From a virus (taxonomy: Duplodnaviria; Caudoviricetes), in the IMG/VR virus record IMGVR_UViG_3300010399_000044, positions 1 to 56,124 of that record: DNA of 56,124 nt. One strand, written 5' to 3'. This document shows positions 43,643 to 52,215 of this stretch, one piece after another; positions within the stretch are counted from its first letter, which is position 1, and every line of letters starts with the position of its first letter. A program made the position numbers and the translations under genes. The notes under the pieces are model-generated. The model was not told the DNA's origin. It saw only the letters and a program-made list of their open reading frames with translations, and did not search any database.

Positions 43643-43978
43643 TCACTTGGTGAACATCTCCCTGAAGGTCTGGCGCAGTGTTCGTGGCTCACGAATCCAC
43701 AACTCTCCGGAAGCTGGGCCCGAAACTCCCAACTTCTGGGAAATCTCGAACTCCCACCTGTATCGAATCGTGAGCGCGTACAGCGCTTCCCGCCTGTCTT
43801 TGAATTCTGCGCATTCCGGCATCCAAGAACGGGAAGCATGTTCCGTGTAGAACACCTTGCACCACTCGCCAGGTCGTTCTGCTGCCTTGTTGGCGACGCA
43901 TCTCGCCCATTCGAGGTATTCCAGTTCCTTCTTCTCTTTCGGAGTCAGAGGAAGCGGACCAAACTCTACTTCACACAT
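43643..43978 (-). CDS. hypothetical protein
   Basis: TGATG overlap with the nucleotidyltransferase gene. Confidence 0.6.
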   Translation of the reverse strand: MCEVEFGPLPLTPKEKKELEYLEWARCVANKAAERPGEWCKVFYTEHASRSWMPECAEFKDRREALYALTIRYRWEFEISQKLGVSGPASGELWIREPRTLRQTFREMFTK

Positions 43979-44742
43979 CAGACCCTCACCAACTTGTGTG
44001 ACTTGGACAGGTGTCGCTGGATGTAATCCGAACCCGGAGTCAGGAAGAGTTCCGCGTTGTCCAGGATGGTCCTTGCGGTCCAGCCCTTGGTCAGACTGGT
44101 CGCAGTACGCCTGAAGGCCCACCAGTAAGCCGCACCCGGACTCACATCGTAATCCTTGGGGACAACAACGCGTTCGAGTGCAGTCACGAAGATTTCCTCC
44201 TTGATGAGGTCGACAAACCTCTCAAGCGGAAGGGCCTTCAGCTTCTTCATGTCGATGTCGACCTCAGCCCCATCCTTCAGGACCTCGGTGTAGATCGGGT
44301 GCTCACCATAGGCCACCGAGTCATGAAGGCTGTCATGATCGTACGTGCGTCGCACGGCGTCATCGAAGAACTCTGCCTTGTCTTGGGCAAGGTCCATGAC
44401 TTTGACCCCGTGAGTATCTTCCCAAACGGAGTACAACAACTTGTGTAGTTGCAGATCCAGAACAGCCCCTGCACGCTTGAGCTGTACGATGTCGTAGACA
44501 TGCTTTTCCCAGGTATTGTTATTCAACTCCCACTGTGCATGGGACACCTTGATGGTGTACAGCTCGTCAAGGGTGGCAAACCTGAACGAGTCGTCGCCGA
44601 TCCACTCGCGAAGCGACTCATGCCAGAATGAATCCCACTCAGGATTATTGGGGTTGTCACTGAAAACGTCGACATCCTTGGGATAGCGCGCCCCCGGAAG
44701 GAAGCGCGCCATCGCCGTGGAGCCGACCACGAGTGTCGGCAC
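43978..44742 (-). CDS. Pol-beta-superfamily nucleotidyltransferase-like protein
   Basis: VVGSTAM...KDVDV (hGS-x-DxD), LYTIK.SH..W, DHDSLH, EE..V.ALER, TSLTKGW. Confidence 0.72.
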   Translation of the reverse strand: MPTLVVGSTAMARFLPGARYPKDVDVFSDNPNNPEWDSFWHESLREWIGDDSFRFATLDELYTIKVSHAQWELNNNTWEKHVYDIVQLKRAGAVLDLQLHKLLYSVWEDTHGVKVMDLAQDKAEFFDDAVRRTYDHDSLHDSVAYGEHPIYTEVLKDGAEVDIDMKKLKALPLERFVDLIKEEIFVTALERVVVPKDYDVSPGAAYWWAFRRTATSLTKGWTARTILDNAELFLTPGSDYIQRHLSKSHKLVRV

Positions 44743-44751
44743 AGCTTCTCC

Positions 44752-45216
44752 TTAGATGTAGGAAACCTCGTCCACACCATGCGTGGACCGGATGTAGTCC
44801 AGGTCGTGAGCGTAGCCCTCGGCCCCGTCACGGGCGTGCTTGCGCTTGGCCTCGGTCAGGTCTTCACCCATCCGGAACAGGTCGTGCTCCACCTCGTACC
44901 AGAAGTCGCCCTCGGAGTCCAGGACCCTGCGGGTACCGTCCTTCAGGATCTCGGTGAGCACATCCCGAAGCTTGGTGGCTTCCTCGCGGCTGAGGGCTGC
45001 CTGTACCACATCAGCCTTGAACACCTTGCCGGTCTGTTCCAACTTGATGTGCACGCCACCGCTGAACACACCAGACTCCTTGACCGTGAACCGCCGGGAA
45101 AGCGTGGTGTCGATCACTTCCTTGATCTCGACCTCCGTCTCTTCGATGGTCAGACCATCCGGGAGGTTGGTCGGCTTGATGGTGGACGTACCCGTGACGC
45201 TGTAAACCTTACGCAT
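44752..45216 (-). CDS. hypothetical protein, paralog of 45316-45990
   Basis: YSVTG.S..KP..LP.GL; one WYEVE domain. Confidence 0.7.
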   Translation of the reverse strand: MRKVYSVTGTSTIKPTNLPDGLTIEETEVEIKEVIDTTLSRRFTVKESGVFSGGVHIKLEQTGKVFKADVVQAALSREEATKLRDVLTEILKDGTRRVLDSEGDFWYEVEHDLFRMGEDLTEAKRKHARDGAEGYAHDLDYIRSTHGVDEVSYI

Positions 45217-45315
45217 TGTTTTTCTCCTTTGATTTGAGACAAAGTCTCAACTCTGAGTGGTCAGGCTTTGCCTGAACCACGTGTGATCTGAAATTTTGGT
45301 GGATTTGTGGAAGTC

Positions 45316-45990
45316 TTACTCGGGGACCTGAACGAAATCGTCACGGTAGATGCCACGCACGTCGCTGAGGTTCCGACCAAAGTCGGTGTTGCCCACCTCT
45401 ACCGCACCCTTGTAGCTGTCCTCGGCAATCGACCTGGAACCAGCCCACACAACCCATTCCGGCTTGACCTCGTACCAGTGTGACCTGGTGCTGGTACCAT
45501 CCGAGAACTTCCGGAGCTTGGTCTCCCCGGACAGGGTCCCGTTCGGGTAACTCAACTTCAGGCTCTCGAAGCTGTCGTAACCGAACCCGCTCCGGTACTC
45601 GCCCTCAGAGATCCTGACAGCCGCTGCCCGACTCCTGGCCGTCACGAACCACTCAGGTTCGATCTCGTACCACACACCAGAGCTGGTGGTGTACTCGCGG
45701 AGTTCCTGCTTGTAGGAATCCGCGACCTCGATCAGCCACTCACCGATCTTTCGTGCATCCTCGATCTTGAAGGATCGCATCGTACCTTCGAAGTCGACCC
45801 GAACCCAGCCCGTGTTGCGCACGATTCCAGGCTTCTCCTCGAACGTGCAGGTACGACCTCCGTTCGAAACCACGGTCAGAGTAGGGAAGGTCTTGCTGTC
45901 TTCCACCACCTGAAGACCTTCAGGGAGGCCCTCAGGCCTGGTGCTGCTGGAACCGTTGACACTGTACGTCGTCTTCACTTGTTCTCCCAT
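45316..45990 (-). CDS. hypothetical protein with duplicated WYE(I/V).PEW domain
   Basis: YSVNG.S..RP..LP.GL; WYEIEPEWFVTARSR and WYEVKPEWVVWAGSR. Confidence 0.7.
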   Translation of the reverse strand: MGEQVKTTYSVNGSSSTRPEGLPEGLQVVEDSKTFPTLTVVSNGGRTCTFEEKPGIVRNTGWVRVDFEGTMRSFKIEDARKIGEWLIEVADSYKQELREYTTSSGVWYEIEPEWFVTARSRAAAVRISEGEYRSGFGYDSFESLKLSYPNGTLSGETKLRKFSDGTSTRSHWYEVKPEWVVWAGSRSIAEDSYKGAVEVGNTDFGRNLSDVRGIYRDDFVQVPE

Positions 45991-46256
45991 TCTTTGATGA
46001 TCTCCAAAGCTTTCTTATGAAGCCTTTCCGAATTCTCTTCGGAGAACCGAGGCCACATGTGGTTACACTTCTCGCACTTCCATATCAGGATGCCGTCATA
46101 GACACCCTGAACCTCAATGCCCAGTTTGGTGGACGAGTACTTGGTTTCTCCTACTTCCCAGTCGCCGTAGTACCCACCGGACAGCAACGCCACGGAAATC
46201 TCTTCACCACGGAAACTTTCTCCGCATTTTCCGCAGAACTCCTCTTCATCCATCAC
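45975..46256 (-). CDS. zinc-ribbon hypothetical protein
   Basis: CGKCG...GIE..GVYDG...W.C.KC. Confidence 0.65.
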   Translation of the reverse strand: MMDEEEFCGKCGESFRGEEISVALLSGGYYGDWEVGETKYSSTKLGIEVQGVYDGILIWKCEKCNHMWPRFSEENSERLHKKALEIIKEWENK

Positions 46257-46699
46257 ATCTCCTGGGTGAACTTGAAAATAGGGATTCCCCGTTCTTCGGC
46301 AAACCCGATCGTGCTGGCAGTCCCAGGAGTTCCACCACAGTCAAAGGCCAGGAGGAAGTAAGCCCTTGCCACGATGGACTCATTCCTAACGTGGTAGGCC
46401 CGTGGACTCCCGTAGATGTCAAACAGCGGCTCATGAAGATAAGCCTTTCCCTCACCTAGGAAAGGCCACGCCTCCAGGCACAGAGCGTCCGCTCCAGCCT
46501 TGCAGTGTCCATTGTGCATGACCGCATCGGGGAAGAACATCCCAACAGCACCCAGCGCCATAGCAACCATTCCGAGGTCTGTGTAGCCCCGTGAGCCGCT
46601 CACTCCGAACTGGACAGGGCTGGGTAGGGTCAAGTCCTGTAGGTAGGCGTACAGGCGCAACAGGACGTCGTTGTTGTTACCCACGTTCACACACCTCAC
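46253..46699 (-). CDS. SLOG-superfamily protein (YspA/DUF2493, 'DprA-like')
   Basis: VSGSR.Y.D, G.C..GAD, RN..IV, LAF..G...GT..TI..A...GIP. Confidence 0.8.
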   Translation of the reverse strand: MRCVNVGNNNDVLLRLYAYLQDLTLPSPVQFGVSGSRGYTDLGMVAMALGAVGMFFPDAVMHNGHCKAGADALCLEAWPFLGEGKAYLHEPLFDIYGSPRAYHVRNESIVARAYFLLAFDCGGTPGTASTIGFAEERGIPIFKFTQEM

Positions 46700-46832
46700 G
46701 AATCACATGCTTGACGTAGCGGTCTACCGTGATGTCTGGGTTTTGCGCTTGTACCCGTCGTAGGAACAGCTCCAGATCGGCCAAATCGACATACCTTCGT
46801 CCGTTGGCCCTTATGTAGTTAACTTTGCTCAT
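46677..46832 (-). CDS. hypothetical protein, 51 aa
   Basis: ATGA overlap; AAAGGAG RBS. Confidence 0.5.
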   Translation of the reverse strand: MSKVNYIRANGRRYVDLADLELFLRRVQAQNPDITVDRYVKHVIREVCERG

Positions 46833-47044
46833 TTGTCGTCATCTCCTTTCAGCATCTGCACAACCCACCAGCCCGGAATGAACAGCGGCCAGAGCCAACA
46901 GCAGCAGAGGCCTCCAAGCGCGGCCATCCAGTAATCGCCTGTGTCGTTCTCTCCGAACGAGCTGTCATCCAGGATGAACCTGGCAATGGGCACAAGAAAC
47001 ACCATGCACCCCGCGAGGTAAACAATAAGTATGATCGTGCCCAT
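46829..47044 (-). CDS. small membrane protein
   Basis: two TM segments, WPL. Confidence 0.65.
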   Translation of the reverse strand: MGTIILIVYLAGCMVFLVPIARFILDDSSFGENDTGDYWMAALGGLCCCWLWPLFIPGWWVVQMLKGDDDK

Positions 47045-47056
47045 TGCCGATCCCTT

Positions 47057-47827
47057 CTAGGCCATTGCGAAGTTACACGAGCTTCGGACAGAACAGAACT
47101 GACACGTCTCGACGCTAGGTTTCGGATCAAAGTTCTCCGCTTTGATCTGTTGGTCTGCTTCACCGTACACATCGGCAAGCCTCTGGATCGACCAACCACT
47201 CAAGTCGTAGTCTCGTGTGGGCTTGCCTTGCTGGGCCATCCAATACCGACCGGTCTTGAACGGGAGGTCATACTTGACGTTCAACGCACCCGCATAGGTT
47301 GCTAGCTGAAAGTCTGATCCTGGCTTCTTACCGGTCTTCAGGTCTTCGGGCTCTCCACTCTCAACCTTATCAATCAAACCCCTAACCGGGATTCCACCGA
47401 ACTCCACATCGAATGACAACTCGATGGCCAATCCATCAGGGCTGACCCACGGGACCTTTTCTGGGTACTTCTCGTAGTACCCAATGTAGGTTTCTACCTG
47501 GGCAATACCGATGCTCCACCTGCGTTCGACGTCGGTACGTCCGTTGTAAGGCCCTGAGCGCTCCCAGAAGTCGAAGTTAGGAGTTGTGGCAGCATACTTT
47601 GCTACCTCGTCCGTGTACGACTGTTTGAAAGCGTTCTGAGCCTCTTCCAGGCTCATGGTACGGCCCGACTTCTCCCACATCTCAGCCGCGTAGTGGACTG
47701 CGGTGCCTTGCGGGAGCCATGCTGCGGGTTTCTTCCAGGCTCGTTCGATACGTCCGAGGCGATACGCCTCGGGACACCGTTCCAGTTCGTTTACCTGAGA
47801 AACACTCCTATATGTTGGTACTCCCAT
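47057..47827 (-). CDS. RecB-like/Cas4-family PD-(D/E)XK exonuclease
   Basis: RSVSQ...CP, GTAVH, RGLID, DLKTG, QL.TY, C.FC.V...C. Confidence 0.92.
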   Translation of the reverse strand: MGVPTYRSVSQVNELERCPEAYRLGRIERAWKKPAAWLPQGTAVHYAAEMWEKSGRTMSLEEAQNAFKQSYTDEVAKYAATTPNFDFWERSGPYNGRTDVERRWSIGIAQVETYIGYYEKYPEKVPWVSPDGLAIELSFDVEFGGIPVRGLIDKVESGEPEDLKTGKKPGSDFQLATYAGALNVKYDLPFKTGRYWMAQQGKPTRDYDLSGWSIQRLADVYGEADQQIKAENFDPKPSVETCQFCSVRSSCNFAMA

Positions 47828-47833
47828 CTGTGC

Positions 47834-48247
47834 CTAACCCTTCCAAAATGCTGCCATTGCGAAACACAGACCGATGATAACAAGGATGATGATCCCTACC
47901 ACCGCTTTGGAACCCTGCGACAATTCCCCCGAATAGGCCAACATGATTACATTTCCCTCCTTTCCTTATTTGGTCTTGCCCGAAATGATAAGACAGAAGA
48001 ACAGTAGTGACGTGAACACGACCCCGGAAAAGAAACCCTGGATCATCTCGTAGGTTATCACCACTTGTCCTTGTCGTTGTTGCCGCCGTACTTGTCGTGC
48101 AGGTACAGCCCCAGCAGCAACAGGACTATCGCTCCTGCGAAGTAGTAAATACCCATGCTATCCCTTCCACGGATGAGATGCTGCGAGCATCAAAGCCAGC
48201 ACGAGGGGTACGACCACGAAGCAGAACCACAGAATCAGCGCATCCAC
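47834..48247 (-). CDS. four tandem single-TM microproteins (48158-48247, 48058-48156, 47966-48064, 47834-47944)
   Basis: 29, 32, 32 and 36 aa, each with one hydrophobic helix; abutting or overlapping with RBSs. Confidence 0.55.
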
Positions 48248-48639
48248 TACACACCCCCAACCACACGAGCCACGATGCGAGCCTCCGTGTCGTCCTTGTC
48301 GGCGGTCTCCTGGTCCAGGTCGCGGTTCTCGTAGGCCGTGATGATCTCCTCACGGATGCGGCCCACCGAGGACACCTCGAACCCAGCCTTGCGGGCCCAT
48401 GCACGGATCTCGTTGAGTTCCGCCGTGGTCCTCATGGGAATCGTACGCTTGCCGAAGGTCTTGACCTCGTGCCGCACCTTCGTTGCGAACGGCACGTAAC
48501 GAGCCATGAGCCTACGGAACTCGTCGGCGTTCTCGTCGCTGAGGTCGATCGTGTAGTTGTCCCCACCCCACGAAAATTCGAGGGTGTCCGTAGCGTCCGT
48601 GCCATCGATGTCGTCGATGATCTTCGTAACCTTGGCCAT
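48247..48639 (-). CDS. lsr2: Lsr2-like nucleoid-associated DNA-bridging protein
   Basis: IIDDIDG, Y.IDLSDENA..F, IRAWA...G.EVS..GRI..EI..AY. Confidence 0.93.
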   Translation of the reverse strand: MAKVTKIIDDIDGTDATDTLEFSWGGDNYTIDLSDENADEFRRLMARYVPFATKVRHEVKTFGKRTIPMRTTAELNEIRAWARKAGFEVSSVGRIREEIITAYENRDLDQETADKDDTEARIVARVVGGV

Positions 48640-48677
48640 GTCTTTCACCTTTTCTTGTTGTGTTCTCATTGTAGGAG

Positions 48678-48749
48678 TGACCTCACCAGGATTTGCACCT
48701 GGTCTACCTTAGCCCCGCGCCAGGCGTGCTCTAGTTACACTATGAGGTC
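48678..48749 (-). ncRNA. tRNA-like RNA lacking a canonical anticodon loop
   Basis: GACCTCA/TGAGGTC-A acceptor, TA, D arm GTGT/GCAC, T arm CCAGG-TGCAAAT-CCTGG; anticodon arm irregular. Confidence 0.65.
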
Positions 48750-49083
48750 ATGTGCGCTGTCGGGTGGGATGAGCCCGAACGGTGTGCCGTGTGAACATTC
48801 CCCTTATCGCCACCAGCGCTCAAACACAGGGAACCCTATAGGACGTTTTTAACCACTGTGTTTGCTATTCAATTGTTGGCGCAGTCGTAGGCAAAACCCA
48901 ACCCACAACCAATTGCCAGGCCACCGCAAGAGTACGGTGCACCCTGTGTCGGTCTAAACCCTCACCTTCCGACTGCCCCGGCTCCCTATCCGTATCTTGG
49001 GGTAGGTTCCCAAACTAGACTCACAGATCCGCTACGCGTTCACTGCTGGCATTAAGCCAATCCCCTACGGGGACGAATCGGTC

Positions 49084-49293
49084 TTACTGAAACACAGGCC
49101 AGGGCTCGGACTGGATCGGGCTGTCTGCGCTTACCATCTTGTGGTATGCAACCCAACCCGCCAAGAACCCCTGAATCACATCCGGAGTCATGTTGTCGAC
49201 CCTGTGAACCCTGGTAATCCCAAACCCGTGGATCGTCAGATCACGACCATTGGCGAGGGTGACGGTCCATCCGTCACTCTGCATCTGGATCAT
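49084..49293 (-). CDS. hypothetical protein
   Basis: TGATG overlap. Confidence 0.55.
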   Translation of the reverse strand: MIQMQSDGWTVTLANGRDLTIHGFGITRVHRVDNMTPDVIQGFLAGWVAYHKMVSADSPIQSEPWPVFQ

Positions 49294-49400
49294 CAGTACC
49301 AGCCCTGACCCGAACACGTCTGGCACTCGTCGCCGTCAGGGTTCACGCCAGATCCGCCGCAGTCTCCGCACTTCTTCCTCGGGCTATGCAAGTTAAACAT
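49293..49400 (-). CDS. DnaJ-type zinc-finger microprotein, 35 aa
   Basis: CGDCGGSG...CQTCSGQG; GAGGA RBS. Confidence 0.7.
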   Translation of the reverse strand: MFNLHSPRKKCGDCGGSGVNPDGDECQTCSGQGWY

Positions 49401-49412
49401 TGTCTTCCTCTC

Positions 49413-49970
49413 TTACCTCGGAACTACCTGTGTGGTCTGGGGAGCCTCGTGGGACGAAGGCGGTGCTTGGCAGGAATACACAATCCCACCAAACACAGCC
49501 CCGATAGCCAAGACTTTCCAGAACCCGATGTTGGACCTTACCGGCAGGGCTCTACTCCTGTCGATATGGGGCAGTCTGCCTTTGCTCTTACCTTTCTTAG
49601 GGGGCATTGTGGTACGTCCCGACAAACGCCGACAGCACACCCACGAGGAAGCACGCGAACGCAGCGTACTTGTTGTTCCGGCCCAGGAAACACGCGGCCA
49701 TGAACAGGATGATGGTCAAGATGTAAAACGGGTTGGTCATAGTACAACCTTCCTGTGTGGCCACCTCTGGAGGAAGGTGGAAACCGGTTCGGGTTCGCCT
49801 GTACACAACTCACGCACGGTCTGTGCGTAGTTGGCATACGACATGGCGAACTGGTGTGCGTCTTTCACATAACGATGGATGTTTTGGATGATGTCCAGCT
49901 CCCGACCGGGGTCGATGCCCCGGTCGGACAGCTCGAACAAGTGACTAACCGTCACCTGGTGTCGTCGCAT
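49413..49970 (-). CDS. three small proteins (49413-49607 TM, 49597-49740 TM, 49737-49970)
   Basis: tiling, overlapping ORFs. Confidence 0.55.
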
Positions 49971-50073
49971 GATGTCTTTCCTAGTCGAAGTCTTGAGGAT
50001 CGGCAAAGATCCAGGCCAGGGAGATTGCCACGACAACAACCCCCCAAAACAGTGGCCAGAAGTATTCCATGTC

Positions 50074-50538
50074 TCAGGCTGCGAAAGTCGACGGAACCGA
50101 GCCGTACTTCTTCATGCGCTTGACGCGCCGACGCTCGTTCAGACGGGACAGGGCCCCTCGGAGCTGGAACTTGCTCTTGCGCTTGTCCTCACGGTTGGGG
50201 ACGACCTCGGGCTTGTCCAGATCCACCGCCTTCAGGAGGTTCTGTGCGGCCTCCTGGACCATCTCCGGGGTGATGCCCGCCGGATTGCCTTCCGTGGTCT
50301 CCACGGGCTTCTCAGCCGCCTCTACGGGCTGGTTGTAGGTGGTGGTGTCGTTGCCGAGTTGCCGTGCGGCCTCCACACCTTCCGGGGTCAGGTAGCCCTT
50401 GTCGTCGGTCAGTCCTCGGGTTTCCAGACCCTTGACGGTCTGCCCCTTCGTGTCGTTGGAGACACGCACGTGTGCACCCTCGATGGTTGCTCCCTTCAGA
50501 GCCGTAACCATGGCGGGGGACAGCTTGATTTCGGTCAT
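50074..50538 (-). CDS. hypothetical protein, N-terminal winged-HTH-like
   Basis: TV.GL..RGL.....LT.EG pattern; AGGAG RBS. Confidence 0.65.
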   Translation of the reverse strand: MTEIKLSPAMVTALKGATIEGAHVRVSNDTKGQTVKGLETRGLTDDKGYLTPEGVEAARQLGNDTTTYNQPVEAAEKPVETTEGNPAGITPEMVQEAAQNLLKAVDLDKPEVVPNREDKRKSKFQLRGALSRLNERRRVKRMKKYGSVPSTFAA

Positions 50539-50621
50539 GTCTTTACTCTCCTATTTTTGGGATACGCGCTGAATGCGCACCGGGAGACCTCAAGTCAAAA
50601 CTTGAGATCCCCGGAATGCGT

Positions 50622-50975
50622 TCAGAGCCACGATTGGGCTGTCTTGACCTGACCCCACGATCCGGAGTCAGCCTCAGCTAACCCAGACCGTACTGGCACG
50701 TACTTCTGCCCTAGGTCGATAGCCGCTGCCAGCCTGTGGTGGCCGTCGGACAACACCTTCACCCCATTGATCCAGCTCACACATCCCACGCCTTTGGTCC
50801 ACCCCTCTGTCTTTAGGGTTTCTACCAGCTTGGGGTAATGGTCATCACCACGCTTGTGGTCCAGCATCTGTGGGAGGGTCATACCCATCATCTCGGCATC
50901 TCCGCTTTCCCAGGTGTCCAGGATTTCGTCAATCGGAACCACACTCATCACTTCGTCAGTGACTTTGTATTCCAT
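50622..50975 (-). CDS. ParB/Srx-like domain protein
   Basis: LSDGHHRLAAA..LG...VPV. Confidence 0.8.
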   Translation of the reverse strand: MEYKVTDEVMSVVPIDEILDTWESGDAEMMGMTLPQMLDHKRGDDHYPKLVETLKTEGWTKGVGCVSWINGVKVLSDGHHRLAAAIDLGQKYVPVRSGLAEADSGSWGQVKTAQSWL

Positions 50976-51060
50976 GGTTCTAACCTTTCGTCTGACTTAG
51001 GGTTCAACCCGGTAGACGCCGTTCTGCACACCGTCTACCAGATTCAATCCTTGTCAAACC

Positions 51061-51432
51061 TTACTCGTTCCACGGGAACGTGTGCACACCATCCCTTTCC
51101 TCGGAGTCCATCCAGTTCAGGAACTCCTGGTGGTATGCGGTCGGGTCGACTTCCTTCAACACCCGTGCCGGATCGTAGTTGTAACCACAGATGGTCACGG
51201 TTTCGTTGAACTCGTTGAAGAATTCCTCGAACATGTCTTCGGCTTCCTGCTCGTCCAACTCGGGAACCTTGGGTTCGACGCAGCACTCGTCCTCGCAGTC
51301 CGAGGGGCATTCCACGGCCAGCAGAAGTTCTGCTTCCATGTCCCAGTTCCGGCCTGCCGTGATCTCCTCCGCCAATTTCTCGACGATCGGGGCGAACGCG
51401 GGGAGTTCAGCGTTGAATTCAGAAGTAGTCAT
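51061..51432 (-). CDS. acidic hypothetical protein
   Basis: V.ICG..Y.PARVLKEVDP.AY motif; GAAAGG RBS. Confidence 0.7.
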   Translation of the reverse strand: MTTSEFNAELPAFAPIVEKLAEEITAGRNWDMEAELLLAVECPSDCEDECCVEPKVPELDEQEAEDMFEEFFNEFNETVTICGYNYDPARVLKEVDPTAYHQEFLNWMDSEERDGVHTFPWNE

Positions 51433-51500
51433 GTCTCTTGCCTTTCGACTGAGGGTAAAACCCGGCATAGAGAACCAAGTCTCTACACCAGGCAGAACCG

Positions 51501-51836
51501 TCAGGCCACGATCTCGTAAACCCTGCGCTTCCATTCTGCGGTCAGAAGCGCGTAGTCCTCGCGGTTCGGGCTATCGAACCCGTGGGCCAGCATCCACTCC
51601 GAAGAGGGTTCGTGCAGATCGTGAAACCTGCCCCAACCACCCCACTCGCAGATGTTCGGTGCGTAGAGCTGCCCGATCACACACTGCACGATGTTTCCGA
51701 GGTCAAGCCTTCCCGTGTCCAGGTCCCAGGGCCACGGCTTGCCCAGTTCCTCATCCAGGAACCGGATGCCGTTGTCAACCCTTTCCCGAATGACCTCGAA
51801 AGGGGTGACCGGAATACTCGTAACAATGGTTTCCAT
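51501..51836 (-). CDS. hypothetical protein (RV..G..FLD...P...LD.....CV.GQLY)
   Basis: AGGAGG RBS. Confidence 0.7.
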   Translation of the reverse strand: METIVTSIPVTPFEVIRERVDNGIRFLDEELGKPWPWDLDTGRLDLGNIVQCVIGQLYAPNICEWGGWGRFHDLHEPSSEWMLAHGFDSPNREDYALLTAEWKRRVYEIVA

Positions 51837-51893
51837 AACCAAACCTCCTAGTAAGGACCAAAGGCGGGGGCGTGCCCCCGTCTAAGGAAAGAA

Positions 51894-52145
51894 CTAGGCT
51901 GCGAGTTCCTGGTCGGTCGGGACATGCACGGCCGAGTTCTCGAAAGAGATACCCGCCGTGAGTTCATTCATCTGGTCCGCGATTTCCTGGATCTCGTCAC
52001 GCTTGGAGTCCGGGAACCTGATCACGTTCTCCTTCCCATCCCTCACGGCCTGTCCGCTGAACGTGTCGCGGACGTACACCCCGAACAGGTCCGACTGGAC
52101 CACGAAACGGGGAGACCTGGGGAAGATTTCAGCCATGCTGTTCAT
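51894..52145 (-). CDS. hypothetical protein
   Basis: GAAAGG RBS. Confidence 0.6.
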   Translation of the reverse strand: MNSMAEIFPRSPRFVVQSDLFGVYVRDTFSGQAVRDGKENVIRFPDSKRDEIQEIADQMNELTAGISFENSAVHVPTDQELAA

Positions 52146-52215
52146 TGTTCTAGCCTTTCGTAGGGGTCAAACATGGCGTAGGGCCGTCACACACGGCCCC
52201 CACCAAATCAGGCCT

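Noticed and set aside
47057-47827. Cas4-like gene as evidence of a CRISPR system
   Set aside because: No repeat-spacer array or other cas genes seen; solo RecB/Cas4-family nucleases are standard in these phages.
50622-50975. ParB-like gene as a plasmid-prophage partition system
   Set aside because: Only the N-terminal ParB/Srx domain is present; no parA or parS repeats.
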